Positions 1-11,101 are shown, counted from the stretch's first letter. The stretch: DNA of 64,000 nucleotides from Candidatus Heimdallarchaeota archaeon (GCA_020353515.1 CP070695.1:2294866-2358865); one strand, 5' to 3'. Numbers and translations: made by a program. The notes: generated from the letters alone by a model not told the origin.

Positions 1-198
1 GATACTTCCTACGAAAAAAGTATATGGCCAAGCAATTTAGCGCGGTATTTTCTGAACTTCATATGGATGGAAGAACAACTAACTTTAGAAAAGACGCTTA
101 CCATAATTAAGGAACGATTTTTCTTACAAGAAGTTTTATTTTCTGAAATTGAGGAAATTTCAAAAGATGGTCTGAAATGCAGAGGTTTAACTGGCTAA
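1..198 (+). CDS. 3' end of a hypothetical protein, truncated by the window edge
   Basis: Frame 1 is open from base 1 (DTSYEKSIW...KCRGLTG*) to TAA at 196-198 and overlaps the next start. Confidence 0.55.
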   Translation, partial: DTSYEKSIWPSNLARYFLNFIWMEEQLTLEKTLTIIKERFFLQEVLFSEIEEISKDGLKCRGLTG

Positions 199-461
199 AA
201 GTGGATGATGAGGATACCTTAGTAACAGTCAATGTCAAAACTCTTCGAAATGAAGATCAGTTCATTATCGATTCCGGAAAACTTATTGTAACGGTAAAGG
301 AACCTCCTATAAAGGGAAAAGCAAATAAAAAGCTCCTTAAAATATTTCGGAAAAAATTCCGAACAGAAGTAACACTAGAATCTGGTCAATTAAGCTCTAC
401 AAAAGTTTTTCGGCTCAGAAATACGTCATCAAAACAAATATTGGAGATTCTAGGAGAATAA
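177..461 (+). CDS. DUF167/YggU (UPF0235) family protein
   Basis: VTVKEPPIKGKANKKL and ESGQLSSTK match the family P..GKAN / G..S..K motifs; 94 aa. Confidence 0.8.
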   Translation: MQRFNWLKVDDEDTLVTVNVKTLRNEDQFIIDSGKLIVTVKEPPIKGKANKKLLKIFRKKFRTEVTLESGQLSSTKVFRLRNTSSKQILEILGE

Positions 462-491
462 AAAGAATAAAGAGAGAGAGGGAGATACATT

Positions 492-2525
492 CTAGAATTT
501 GATTTCTCCCATCATTTTCCTGCGTGCAATGAGCTCTTCAACGACTTCTGGGTTTGCTAAAGTCATGACATTACCGATATCTTTCTTTTCTGCAACAGCT
601 TTCAAGACTCGGCGCATAATTTTCCCTGAGCGTGTCTTAGGAACCGCTTCAGCAAACATGATGATCTCGGGATAGACAGCTGGCCCTGCCACTGATCGAA
701 CGTGCTTTTGAATATCCTTTTTCAAGTCATCAGATGGCTCCACATCACTCATCAAGGTGATATATGCGAAGATAGTCGACCCCTTGACTGGATGAGGATA
801 GGGGATAACTGCGCTTTCAGCTACTTTGGGGTGGGAATTAACAGCGGCTTCAACCTCTGCAGAACCAAGACGGTGGCCTGAAACTTTAATAACATCATCC
901 GACCGACCGAGAATAAAGTAGTACCCCTCTTCGTCAATCAGTGCATAATCTCCAGTGAAGTAATGACCTTCAAATTGAGCGAGATAGGTATTTACAAATC
1001 GTTCATGGTCACCCCAGACTGTTCTCATGAGGCCTGGCCAAGATTTATCATACGCGAAAAAGGCTTGGGTGTTTGGTTTTGTTATTTTTTGTCCATCATC
1101 ATCGAATAGAACAGGATTGACCCCAAAGAATGGGTAAGTACAACTCCCAGGTTTCATGGGGGTAACAGCACCGAGATTTACCATCATATATGAACCAGTC
1201 TCAGTTTGCCAGTAACTATCAACGATTGGACGACCATTGGGTTTTTCTTCAGTTGTTCCATTCCCTACAACTTCCCAGTACCATCGCCATTCTGGCCAAT
1301 TGCATACTTCTCCAACTGTTCCCAGCATCTTTAATTTAGATAAATCCCATTTAGTTACGTGATCATCTCCAAACTTCATTAATGCTCGAATTGCAGTTGG
1401 AGCAGTATAGAAATGTGTCACACCAAACTTTTCACAGATTTCCCAAAATCTACCTTGATGTGGGTATGTAGGAACACCTTCATACATGATGGAGATAGCT
1501 CCTAACGCTAATGGTGAATAAATTATTTGTGTATGACCAGTTATCCAACCAATGTCAGCAGTGCAATACCAAACATCTCGTGTGGCTGGGGTTGCTCCTT
1601 TTAGATCAAGTAAGCATGAATAGTCCCAGACATAATAATTTGTTGATACTCCAAAAATTAAATAACCAGCTGTTGTGTGAACCACACCTTTTGGTTTTCC
1701 TGTTGTTCCACTTGTGTAAAGTATAAAAAGTGGGTCTTCTGCGTCCATTACTTCATAATCGCATTCTGAGGATTGCTCCTCCATTAGTGCTAAGAAATCT
1801 ACATCCTTCTTGTATTCATAAACATCGCCCCCAGTAAGTTTGATTACTGCGACTTTTTCGATTGAATCACAGGTCTCAATAACACCCCGAAGGTTGTCTT
1901 TCATTGGTCGGTTTTTTCCTGCCCGACGAACTTCGTCCGCCACGACTAAAATCTTACATTCAGAATCGTCAATTCTATCTTTTACTGATTCAGCAGAAAA
2001 TCCACCAAATACAATGGAATGAATAGCACCAATACGGGCACATGCTAACATAACGATAGCGAGAGTATCAGTCATGGGTAGCCAAATACAGACACGATCT
2101 CCTTTTTTGATCCCTAAAGATTTCAATGCATTCGCTGCTTTATTGACTTCTACTAGGAGTGATTTGTAAGTATATTTTTTTACTGTATCATCTTCGCCCA
2201 TCCAGATTAATGCTACCTCATCAGCATATCCCTTCTCAACCCATCGGTCAAGACAATTGTAAGTGGCATTAAGCTTTCCTCCAACAAACCATTTGCCTAC
2301 AAACTCATCCTGCTCTCCTGTAGGGGGAACCCAAACTTTTTCGTAAGGAGTTATCCAATCAATCTTCTTTGCTTCTTCAGCCCAGAACTCTTCCATATGG
2401 TTTACTGAATATTTCCATTTTTCAAAGTATGCATCCATATTAGCGATTCTGGCATCCTTCGCCAGCTCAGGAAGAGGATAATATTTTTTTGATTTTTCTT
2501 TCTCCGTTTCTGTCAGCTCAGACAT
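492..2525 (-). CDS. acs: Acetyl-CoA synthetase (AMP-forming)
   Basis: YTSGTTGKPKG, ADIGWITGH, WQTETG, GRSDDVIKVSGHRLG and PKTRSGKIMRR motifs; start placed at MSELTE after an SD-like AGGCGA (ORF extends to 2549). Confidence 0.95.
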   Translation of the reverse strand: MSELTETEKEKSKKYYPLPELAKDARIANMDAYFEKWKYSVNHMEEFWAEEAKKIDWITPYEKVWVPPTGEQDEFVGKWFVGGKLNATYNCLDRWVEKGYADEVALIWMGEDDTVKKYTYKSLLVEVNKAANALKSLGIKKGDRVCIWLPMTDTLAIVMLACARIGAIHSIVFGGFSAESVKDRIDDSECKILVVADEVRRAGKNRPMKDNLRGVIETCDSIEKVAVIKLTGGDVYEYKKDVDFLALMEEQSSECDYEVMDAEDPLFILYTSGTTGKPKGVVHTTAGYLIFGVSTNYYVWDYSCLLDLKGATPATRDVWYCTADIGWITGHTQIIYSPLALGAISIMYEGVPTYPHQGRFWEICEKFGVTHFYTAPTAIRALMKFGDDHVTKWDLSKLKMLGTVGEVCNWPEWRWYWEVVGNGTTEEKPNGRPIVDSYWQTETGSYMMVNLGAVTPMKPGSCTYPFFGVNPVLFDDDGQKITKPNTQAFFAYDKSWPGLMRTVWGDHERFVNTYLAQFEGHYFTGDYALIDEEGYYFILGRSDDVIKVSGHRLGSAEVEAAVNSHPKVAESAVIPYPHPVKGSTIFAYITLMSDVEPSDDLKKDIQKHVRSVAGPAVYPEIIMFAEAVPKTRSGKIMRRVLKAVAEKKDIGNVMTLANPEVVEELIARRKMMGEIKF

Positions 2526-2761
2526 ATTATCGCCTAAAATTTCGTTCATTAAACATTATATAAAACTAGATTTGATTACAAAGTCAATACTGACTTAATA
2601 ATCTAATTCTAAGGCTTTTATTAAAAAAATAAGAAGTTTATTTCTCTTAATGTAATTGATTTTTAACTTATCCCTTGACTCTGGTTTTAATTAACCAAGC
2701 TTTTGAGATGAAAGATCACTAAGAAAAAAAAAAGGAGAAAAATACGTCTTCAAAGACGCAA

Positions 2762-4042
2762 TCATGTTACTCCTGCATTTCTTCGTGCTAGATATTCTGT
2801 GATCACTGCAAGACCCGCAGCCAGAAAAGCTAGAATTCCAAGAATGGGAAATGCAACCTCATATACAAGCACACCAGCGATGAAAGGACCCAAAGCTCCT
2901 GCGACACCATAAGCAGTAAAGACTAGTCCGTAATTCCTTCCTAGATTCTTTGTACCAAAGTAGTCATCTGTTGCAGAGGGAAATAATGCAAAATTTCCGC
3001 CAAAACAGAAACCTATGATACAAGCACCAATAATCAATAAGAAAAATTCTGTCTGTATTCCAAAGAAGAACATAGCTACTCCTAGAGTACCAAACATTAC
3101 GATCATTGTAATGATTCTACCTAGTTTATCTGAAACAGCGCCCCATACAATCCTTCCTGCAGAGTTAAATATGGATAGAAACGATCCTGTTGTCACTGCT
3201 AGGATGCTAGCTTCTTCTGCTGAGATTCCTCCTGAAATTAATTGATCCTTTGTGAATGTTGTCACATTTCCAATAGTCATTAATCCTGCTGCTGCTGCCA
3301 AAATAAACATACCCCAAAGAAGCCAGAATTGGGGAGTTTGTACCATCTCTGTTGGTTCAAAATCTCTCTTCTCTCCTATAGCTGTAATTTGGCTAGGTTT
3401 AGGAGTGTATCCCGGTGGGATCCAGCCCTTAGGAGGATTTTGAAGTATTTGAGCAGAACCTACTACGAGAACAAGGAAAAGAATTCCAAGGATCCAAAAA
3501 GCTAAACCAATGTGGCCATTTCCAACATCTTCAATCAAGAATTCTTCAATAAAAAGAAGGAAAAAAGCCCCAAGACCAAACCCTGCGACAGCAATGCCAG
3601 TAATCAGCCCTTTTAGGTCAGGGAACCATTTAACTAATGCAGCAATCGGACATACATAAGCAAAACCTATACCTGCACCACCTATTAAACCATAAGTTAG
3701 TGCCACCCAAAGAAATCCGAGTAATTCATTTCCACCCCCAAAAAGATCGACAAAACCTGCAAGGAACCACCCAATCCCTAGAAGGATACCACCAATTGTA
3801 GCTACTTTTTTTGGTCCGGCCCGATCTTGCCATCTTCCAGCAAAAATCATGAAACCTGCAAAAGAAGCCAAACCAACGGTAAAGGGAAGTTGAGTTAGAA
3901 GTTTATCCCATCCGTATACTCCAGTTTCACTGACAAGAGCAGTTTGGAATTTAGACCACGCATAAATCGAACCTAAACATAGTTGGATTATTACAGCTGG
4001 TATGATTAAGATATTGCGGTTAATTACATTTTCTTCACTCAA
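2762..4042 (-). CDS. MFS transporter, oxalate/formate antiporter (OFA) / monocarboxylate family
   Basis: ~12 hydrophobic segments; GSIYAWS, KWFPDLKGLITG, FNSAGRI and FGTKNLGRNYG motifs; TTG start. Confidence 0.88.
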   Translation of the reverse strand: MSEENVINRNILIIPAVIIQLCLGSIYAWSKFQTALVSETGVYGWDKLLTQLPFTVGLASFAGFMIFAGRWQDRAGPKKVATIGGILLGIGWFLAGFVDLFGGGNELLGFLWVALTYGLIGGAGIGFAYVCPIAALVKWFPDLKGLITGIAVAGFGLGAFFLLFIEEFLIEDVGNGHIGLAFWILGILFLVLVVGSAQILQNPPKGWIPPGYTPKPSQITAIGEKRDFEPTEMVQTPQFWLLWGMFILAAAAGLMTIGNVTTFTKDQLISGGISAEEASILAVTTGSFLSIFNSAGRIVWGAVSDKLGRIITMIVMFGTLGVAMFFFGIQTEFFLLIIGACIIGFCFGGNFALFPSATDDYFGTKNLGRNYGLVFTAYGVAGALGPFIAGVLVYEVAFPILGILAFLAAGLAVITEYLARRNAGVT

Positions 4043-4222
4043 ACTAAAGTCACCTATATTTTCTGAGCCAAGTTTGGAAAAAAACCAAAGCTTATAATTT
4101 CTAAGATTTGATGGAAGAAAAAACCGAGAGCTATAAAAATTTAAAGGTTAGACTTCTTATAAAGTGGCTATAAGATGGTGTTTTAAGACTCTAAGTTTGA
4201 AACAAAACTTGGGATAATCATG

Positions 4223-4756
4223 CTAGACTAATCCCAATTTCTGAAAGTCGGAGATTAACTTCCTCCGTTCTTCCCATGCATCCCTGATGGCAGATAAATC
4301 ATCTAAGATCTCATTTGTTAATCGGCTGCTGTCCGAAAGCATGCCACTTTCGATAGCATCGTCAAAACGTGTGATTTTATCATCCAAACGACTTATGATG
4401 TTGATAATAGTCTTCTCTAACGTATAGAGATAACTTAAATCAAATTCTTTGATCACATTGGAGTCAAAGAAGGTACTAATACCATATTCCGTAAGCCGAA
4501 TCAGATGTCTGATATCAGAAAAGCTAGAAACTAAACGATCCAGGTCAGACCAAGTTGTAATCATTTGACTCATTAAAGCAGCTTCTTGAATCTTTTTAAT
4601 ATCATCTGAACAACTTGAGAGGCGTGATTCTAGATAGTTCCGTATTGCAGTTTCAGTTGATTGCCTATCTGACTGTTTTTCATAACGGTTATAACCAGGT
4701 ATCTTTTTAGATATCGTCTTTCTTGCTTCGCTGCTTTCAGGATCCAATTTTGACAT
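4223..4756 (-). CDS. Conserved all-helical hypothetical protein, last gene of the MoxR cluster
   Basis: 177-aa ORF, 24 bp downstream of the preceding gene; KIPGY..Y and YG.S.FFD motifs. Confidence 0.7.
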   Translation of the reverse strand: MSKLDPESSEARKTISKKIPGYNRYEKQSDRQSTETAIRNYLESRLSSCSDDIKKIQEAALMSQMITTWSDLDRLVSSFSDIRHLIRLTEYGISTFFDSNVIKEFDLSYLYTLEKTIINIISRLDDKITRFDDAIESGMLSDSSRLTNEILDDLSAIRDAWEERRKLISDFQKLGLV

Positions 4757-4780
4757 TAAAAAGTCCCTCGAATAATAGAA

Positions 4781-6163
4781 TCAGGAAATCTCTTCTTCCT
4801 CATCTGCAGGGGGTTCTTCTTCTTCCTCTTCTTCAGGTGTTTCGCCTGCAGCTGCCGCAACAGGTGTTGAACTCCTATCAAAATCTACTAAAGTATCAAT
4901 TTGTTGAACAACTCTTTCGAAGATTTTGCCAGTTCTTCCACCAGAGAAGAAGTGGAGAATTACACTGATAAGAATAAAAAGTAATACAACATTTAGAATT
5001 GCAATTGTTTGAAATTCAGGCTGAGTTAATTCGAGACTTTGAAGAAGCGCTGGAAAAGAAGCTCCAACTAAAGGTGTAAGAAGAATTTCAGGCGATATGA
5101 TAATATAAGCCAGAATCGTAACTGCAATAATTCGAAAAATCATTGCTGGGATGAAATGTCTAAGTAATGCAGAAACATCAGGTTGAGCAGTTTTTGCAGC
5201 TAGTTTCAGATCAGTTTCAGGATCACTTTGATTTAAACTTGCTAGATATGACTGTAATCTCATCGTCGATTTGGCGTCCCGCATCACTTCTCCTTTCTTA
5301 AAGACACGTCTTTCTACCATCTCCCGTAAGTAACTCGCAGCAAGCAAACCAAACTTTTTTGATTGAACACTCTGAATAGATTGTTCTTTTCCTTTTTCTT
5401 CTTCAGACAAAGGCACAAAAGATCGAATTCTTTTCAAATGTCCTTGAATTCGTTTTTCTCGTTCTGTCATTGGTTCAATAATGTTTAAGGTATACGAAGT
5501 TTGGAATGCAATCTCTAGGAGCAGATATAACAAAAATCCAAGAGCAAAAATAGGACTAAATAGCATAGTTATGATAGTTGACGAATCAATTCTTGTATTA
5601 ACAATGATTTTTTCAGTAAATATCGCGATAATTATGATAAGTTGAAACCCAAGGAATGAATATATGGCTAATTTTGTATCCCCCTCACGAAGAAACCCAA
5701 CACCAGAGAGGAGAGCTACAGGGAGAAGAATTAAAATTGTTGTTGCTCCAAAGAAATTGCCAAAATCCTCTAGAAAAGTGGCGATATCTGTTACATTAGA
5801 ATGAGGCAAAAAACCATTTTCAGGATTGACAATGGCAGCGAGTATTGATTGCATTTCCCCAATTGCGACTCCATCAAAATTAGTATCCCCGAGAAAAGGG
5901 ATATCTTTCTTGCTTGAAGCGATTGTAGCCACTAAGGTTAAAGCAACGCCTGCAAAAGCTCTAACAAGTTCTTGTACAAGTAACATTACATACTCTACAA
6001 TATTGAAGACTTGTGCGAAATCAAACATCGTAGGGTCAATACTTGTGGCTAAAATGGGGTTGTCAATGGGAATAGGAATACCAATTATTAAGAGACACGA
6101 GAAAACAAATACAATGATGTAAAGAATTCGAAAAAAATGAGCTGTTGCTTGTCCTGCGGGCAT
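4781..6163 (-). CDS. Polytopic membrane protein with an acidic C-terminal tail
   Basis: About 7 hydrophobic segments, a central cytoplasmic domain and an EEEEEEPPADEEEEIS tail. Confidence 0.8.
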   Translation of the reverse strand: MPAGQATAHFFRILYIIVFVFSCLLIIGIPIPIDNPILATSIDPTMFDFAQVFNIVEYVMLLVQELVRAFAGVALTLVATIASSKKDIPFLGDTNFDGVAIGEMQSILAAIVNPENGFLPHSNVTDIATFLEDFGNFFGATTILILLPVALLSGVGFLREGDTKLAIYSFLGFQLIIIIAIFTEKIIVNTRIDSSTIITMLFSPIFALGFLLYLLLEIAFQTSYTLNIIEPMTEREKRIQGHLKRIRSFVPLSEEEKGKEQSIQSVQSKKFGLLAASYLREMVERRVFKKGEVMRDAKSTMRLQSYLASLNQSDPETDLKLAAKTAQPDVSALLRHFIPAMIFRIIAVTILAYIIISPEILLTPLVGASFPALLQSLELTQPEFQTIAILNVVLLFILISVILHFFSGGRTGKIFERVVQQIDTLVDFDRSSTPVAAAAGETPEEEEEEEPPADEEEEIS

Positions 6164-6166
6164 TTT

Positions 6167-7642
6167 TCACACAGATCCTTTTCCTGCCTGTTTTCCTTCC
6201 ATATAGGTTTTAATTACATTGGGGAGCATATCATCAGGGCCAACATTAATAATTTCAACTCCTAATCCCCTTAATCTGTCCTCTACTTGTTTTCTATATC
6301 CAAGGTATTCCTCAAAAATAGCCTCTGCTATAGCTCGTTCTGTAGCTGTCAGATCACTGAGTTTTGTTTCAAAAAGTGGTCCAAAGGGTGAAATGACAGT
6401 GATGTTGTTCTTTGTGGATCGTGCTCGTTTTGCAGCTTCAGTGAAAATTTCCGAATCAGAAGATTCAAGATCTGTCAGGAAAACATAAAATGAGGCTCTA
6501 GGTACCCTTTGCATCACAAAATCTACCGCAGCTAAAGGATCTGATCGTCCTTGAGGTTCTACAAGAGCTAAAATTTCTAATAATTGGAAAAACATTGCTT
6601 TTCCTCCTCCTGGTGGAAGAAATGAGGTTGGTCGGTCTGCAAATGTTACCAGTCCAAAGAGGTCTTGGCGTTCTTCAGCCATTTTCATGACCAACATAAC
6701 AGAGCGGATAGCAAAATCTAACTTTGTATTAAATGGAATTCCAGCTCCCATGCTACCACTGTGGTCTAGAAAGACGATCATACGAATATTTTTCTCTGAT
6801 TCAAACTCTCTAACCATGAGTTCTCCTGTACGACTGAATGCTTTCCAGTCCAGAGATTTGAAGGGAGCACCTGGATAATACCGTGCTAAAGCATGAAAAT
6901 CATCTCCCATTCCTTTCTGCTTTGTTTTATGAGCCCCAAACATCTTTCCTTGTTGTCGACGTTTACTGAGCGCCTCCATTCGTCTGATATCTTCATAAGA
7001 GGGATAACAAAGAATTTCTGTATAGAAGTGCCTAATATCCTCTTCAAAATAGAATCCCAGTCTATCATGAATGATAACCTTGACAGGACCAATTCGATAG
7101 ACCCCACGTGTACTCACTTGAACGATATATGAGAATTCCTTGGTCTCTCTCCCTCCAAGCTGAGTAATAATGAAGTTTTCACCTAAAGCAATTTCAAACA
7201 TGTCAGGGATTGCGTCATATACCTCTAAAAAGTCCATCCTGCGTCGTCCTGTGTTTTCGACTTTAACAGTTACATGAACATATTCTCCAGCAAAAGCTTT
7301 CTCTCGATCCACAGTACGCGTGACTCGTATGAGAGAGGCGTTAGCTGATACACGGAAAAATGGGAGGCCAATAACGCTTGCCAATAGCAATAATGTGCCT
7401 AGAAACATCCCGTAATCTACAATCGGAGAACTATTCAAAATCTCAAACGGTCTAAATATATCAGTAATTGATAGAGTTTGATTTCCATTAGACGGAGTTG
7501 ATTCAGAGTCAGCTTCCCATCCTTGTTCACCAGAGAGAATGGGGAGCATTGTAGCGATGGTACCGACTCCTTTTGCGCTTAATCCTATAGAAATTAACAA
7601 TATGCCTCCAATTGCAATGAAGGCTCCTCTAGATGAAAGCAT
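6167..7642 (-). CDS. DUF58 / vWA-domain protein, membrane anchored (MoxR partner)
   Basis: Two N-terminal TMs, RGVYRIGP, LDWKAFSRTGELMVREFE and MIDAS-like DHSGSM. Confidence 0.9.
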   Translation of the reverse strand: MLSSRGAFIAIGGILLISIGLSAKGVGTIATMLPILSGEQGWEADSESTPSNGNQTLSITDIFRPFEILNSSPIVDYGMFLGTLLLLASVIGLPFFRVSANASLIRVTRTVDREKAFAGEYVHVTVKVENTGRRRMDFLEVYDAIPDMFEIALGENFIITQLGGRETKEFSYIVQVSTRGVYRIGPVKVIIHDRLGFYFEEDIRHFYTEILCYPSYEDIRRMEALSKRRQQGKMFGAHKTKQKGMGDDFHALARYYPGAPFKSLDWKAFSRTGELMVREFESEKNIRMIVFLDHSGSMGAGIPFNTKLDFAIRSVMLVMKMAEERQDLFGLVTFADRPTSFLPPGGGKAMFFQLLEILALVEPQGRSDPLAAVDFVMQRVPRASFYVFLTDLESSDSEIFTEAAKRARSTKNNITVISPFGPLFETKLSDLTATERAIAEAIFEEYLGYRKQVEDRLRGLGVEIINVGPDDMLPNVIKTYMEGKQAGKGSV

Positions 7643-7670
7643 TCAAATTTACACCTAATAAATGCTCTTC

Positions 7671-8738
7671 CTACTCTTCGTATACTTCTTCTTCGTAATA
7701 CTCTTCGTAGACAGCTTCTTCTTCTATCGGGTCTACTGGGAGGACTAAATTATCACGAACATCTTCTGCGATACGAATCTGTGTAATACCTTCTAATTCA
7801 GCTTCAGGCTTTAGTATAAGACGATGGTGGACAATATGAGGTATCATTAGAAGAATGTCATCTGGAATAACGAAATCACGGGCATGTATAGCAGCTCTGG
7901 CTTTTCCTGATAGTAGAAGACTTTCACTTCCACGAGGAGAACATCCCAAGACTAAGCGGGGATCAGTTCGAGTTGAAACAGTGATATCCCGAATCATTTC
8001 CAGGATTTCGGGACAAACATACACTCTTTTAACAACATCCATCATGGCTATAATGGTTTGAGGAGAAACAACCTGATTAAGTGTTGCTGGAATTGGTTCA
8101 TTCTTAAATTTAATAATACGTAATTCATCCTCAGGAGAAGAGTGGTGAACAATAACTTTGATCATAAAACGATCCAATTGAGCTTCAGGTAGGGGATACG
8201 TTCCTTCTTGTTCAACAGGGTTTGCAGTTGCCATTACAACAAATGGTTGATCGAGTTTGTGAGTCTCACCTTCGATTGACACCTGTTGTTCAGCCATAGC
8301 CTCGAGCATTGCAGATTGGGTTTTTGGGGGAGCTCGATTAATTTCGTCTGCGAGAATAACATTGCCGAAAATTGGGCCTTTCTTGAGACGAAAGGTTCCT
8401 GTTTTAGGATTGAAAATATTGGTCCCTACAATATCCGAGGGAAGCATGTCAGGAGTGAATTGAATGCGTCTATATTCAGTCCCAAGAACTTTAGAAAAGG
8501 TTTCTGCCATATATGTTTTCCCTATACCTGGGACACCCTCGAGATAGACATGCTTACCAGTTAACATAGCAATCCAAAGCATTTCGAAAATTTCCGTCCT
8601 TCCGATGTATACTTTTCTGATTTGTCCCATTATTTGCTGATATGCTCGGGCTACATCATTAACTTCCAGCATCTCATAAGTTAATTCATCACTAGTGAAA
8701 TCTTTCCCTTTCAAGTCGGTTTTACTCATTTCTTTCAC
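7671..8738 (-). CDS. moxR: MoxR family AAA+ ATPase
   Basis: GVPGIGKT, RIQFTPDMLPSD, ADEINRAPPKTQSAMLEAM and EGTYPLPEAQLDRF. Confidence 0.95.
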   Translation of the reverse strand: MKEMSKTDLKGKDFTSDELTYEMLEVNDVARAYQQIMGQIRKVYIGRTEIFEMLWIAMLTGKHVYLEGVPGIGKTYMAETFSKVLGTEYRRIQFTPDMLPSDIVGTNIFNPKTGTFRLKKGPIFGNVILADEINRAPPKTQSAMLEAMAEQQVSIEGETHKLDQPFVVMATANPVEQEGTYPLPEAQLDRFMIKVIVHHSSPEDELRIIKFKNEPIPATLNQVVSPQTIIAMMDVVKRVYVCPEILEMIRDITVSTRTDPRLVLGCSPRGSESLLLSGKARAAIHARDFVIPDDILLMIPHIVHHRLILKPEAELEGITQIRIAEDVRDNLVLPVDPIEEEAVYEEYYEEEVYEE

Positions 8739-8779
8739 TTCTAATTTAATTTATCAGACCAGTTAAGGTTTTAATAGAA

Positions 8780-10552
8780 TTAAGTTATCTCCACCCCAAT
8801 GTTTTTCAAGAATAGATATTGATCTAAGAATTCTTGTTCAGAAATTGCAGCGCGACTATCAATAATCCGTTCAATTGCAGTTAACCCTTCAGTAATACCT
8901 TTATGGGTGAATCGTTCCGGAAATTCATTTGCTAAATAGGTAGCAGCGACTTCAGGAGTAAGTTCAACTTCTGGATTGTATCGCTTAATCAAATTGCGTC
9001 TCAATCGTCGATAAATAAGTTCTAAACCACGTGAATACTGTTGATATTCAAGGAACCAGCGCATTTTAACTGCAAAGAAGCTCCGGCCATAATACCGTTC
9101 AACACGAGTTAATAAGAGGGGTTTAGCTTGCGTTCTTTTGGGCATAAAACGTCTTGATAATAAAATTGCTCCAATTGGTAAGGCCCACGCAAAAAGGGGA
9201 AACATTGTGATCATATCTAGGAATTTTAGATACAAACTTAATGGAAGGGTTGGTGATAAAGGATGATTTGCGAGGTGGCCTTCATCAAATATGATTAGTT
9301 GACTTCGTCGGTCTCTCATCATTTTTTCGACTACATTCAGAGCAAATTGACGATTATCATAGGTAGGATCATAATCATTTCTATCTGTATCAATATACTT
9401 ATTAATAAAAATAGATGGATCAGAACAAATAATAATATCTCCTCCCAGAGGAAATGGGAAATAGACGAATACTGGGAAACCAACATTTGGATTTGCCCAT
9501 TCATAAGGATTAGTAGCATTCGGTCCTATTTTATTTACATCTCTCTTAGCAAGTTCAATATCTGATTCTAGCCATGCATGGGAACTACTGTATAAAACGG
9601 CTATTTGCAGACTAAAATCCATATCAGGCATATCAATACCCCATTCACTTTCAAACTCAGAGAAAGCATTCTTTGCTGAGGCGGGGAACTCCCCCATTGG
9701 TACCCATTTTGTAACATATTCGGGATTATACTTATCATATTCATTAGATCTATTCTCGGCAATAAATTCACTTTTGGGTTTAGGATATCGTACTTTCATT
9801 GAGATGATTGAAGCAAAATTACCAATGACACCATTACCTGACAAACCAGTTGTGAAATCGGTAACCCAAGGAGCTGGCATACGATAACTGGTTCCATTTT
9901 GAGTACCTGATATAGGAGAGCTGAATATGGGGGTGAGAGGAGTATCATTATAGCTACCTTGGTCTGCAAGGAGACTCCCATTAATTGCAATTCCCGCAAT
10001 TGGAAAATTAGCAGCAGCGGTTTCATTAGCCTGAGAACTAGTATTATTAGTAGTTGTATTCATCCCAAAGGGATTATAGTCCTCTGTATCACTACCAAAC
10101 CCTAAGCCCGCCATATTTAGATCCAATTGGGACATAAATCCTAAAAAGATAGAGAAAACACTCAGTATGTCATTAGCTGTTCCAAAATCGTCGGCTATAA
10201 GAACTCGGCCGCCGTTGATAGCATAGAAGAAAATAGCTAGGGCTTCAGAAAAATCATAATGGACAGCAGGGCCAAGAATGACAAGAGATCCGTTCTCAGT
10301 AGTAGTATTCAGACGATTGAGAATATTACTACTACCAACTATTGTTGAGACACTACCTCCATTCTCGTGTTCTTCAAACATTTGTTTGAACTCACTTGCC
10401 CCATTCCACCCCTCATTATAGATTGAAAAGTTAGTAGTGCTTTGAGTAAGAGAGCGTGGTAATAGTCCTAACACAAAAGCAGAAACGAGGGGATAACTAA
10501 TGAAGATTGCTAGGAGGATCAATGCAGATGTCGTTCGGTTTATCTCTACCAT
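8780..10552 (-). CDS. DUF4350-like membrane-anchored extracellular protein
   Basis: N-terminal TM; SIYNEGWNGAS, GGRVLIADDFG, SDPSIFIN and FDEGH motifs; second TM near the C-terminus. Confidence 0.8.
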   Translation of the reverse strand: MVEINRTTSALILLAIFISYPLVSAFVLGLLPRSLTQSTTNFSIYNEGWNGASEFKQMFEEHENGGSVSTIVGSSNILNRLNTTTENGSLVILGPAVHYDFSEALAIFFYAINGGRVLIADDFGTANDILSVFSIFLGFMSQLDLNMAGLGFGSDTEDYNPFGMNTTTNNTSSQANETAAANFPIAGIAINGSLLADQGSYNDTPLTPIFSSPISGTQNGTSYRMPAPWVTDFTTGLSGNGVIGNFASIISMKVRYPKPKSEFIAENRSNEYDKYNPEYVTKWVPMGEFPASAKNAFSEFESEWGIDMPDMDFSLQIAVLYSSSHAWLESDIELAKRDVNKIGPNATNPYEWANPNVGFPVFVYFPFPLGGDIIICSDPSIFINKYIDTDRNDYDPTYDNRQFALNVVEKMMRDRRSQLIIFDEGHLANHPLSPTLPLSLYLKFLDMITMFPLFAWALPIGAILLSRRFMPKRTQAKPLLLTRVERYYGRSFFAVKMRWFLEYQQYSRGLELIYRRLRRNLIKRYNPEVELTPEVAATYLANEFPERFTHKGITEGLTAIERIIDSRAAISEQEFLDQYLFLKNIGVEIT

Positions 10553-10600
10553 GAGATCTCACTTAGGAATTAGTCTTTGATTGTATTTCTTTAATTTTGA

Positions 10601-11101
10601 TTAATATTCAGCAGTTTCAGGAATTCCTGCAGATGTTGCTGTTTGGAGGAATTGATGAAGTCCTGATAATCCATCTTTGAATTCTTGTGTTGTGAGAGGG
10701 GCTTGACCATATCGTGCTTTTTCAAAGGCCATTACAATCGCGTTGATAGCACTGGGATCTATATCACCACGATTCATAAGTTTCACACCTAATTGTCGTG
10801 CTGATTCGTTAGGTGCTCGGCCAACCCCAAGGAATCCCTCAGAGGCAAGTGTCATGGTTTGCCACATAAGGACTGATGCTTCTCGGAACATCTGTTGTCG
10901 TGCGAGTTGCCGAATTTGAACAAGCCGTTGTTCGATCTCTTGTTCAAGAATCGTCTTTTTTACGCCACCTACTCCTATTGCTTCTACAATTTGTTTTCGG
11001 AAATAGAATAGTAGAAAGCCAACAACGATTAAAACGCCTAAACCAAATATAAAGATAAGTTCTAATTGAGCAAAGAAACCAATTCTGTTCATTCTTATCA
11101 C
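10601..11101 (-). CDS. DUF4129-like single-TM protein
   Basis: N-terminal TM; R.PNESARQ and FEKARYG motifs. Confidence 0.75.
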   Translation of the reverse strand: MIRMNRIGFFAQLELIFIFGLGVLIVVGFLLFYFRKQIVEAIGVGGVKKTILEQEIEQRLVQIRQLARQQMFREASVLMWQTMTLASEGFLGVGRAPNESARQLGVKLMNRGDIDPSAINAIVMAFEKARYGQAPLTTQEFKDGLSGLHQFLQTATSAGIPETAEY

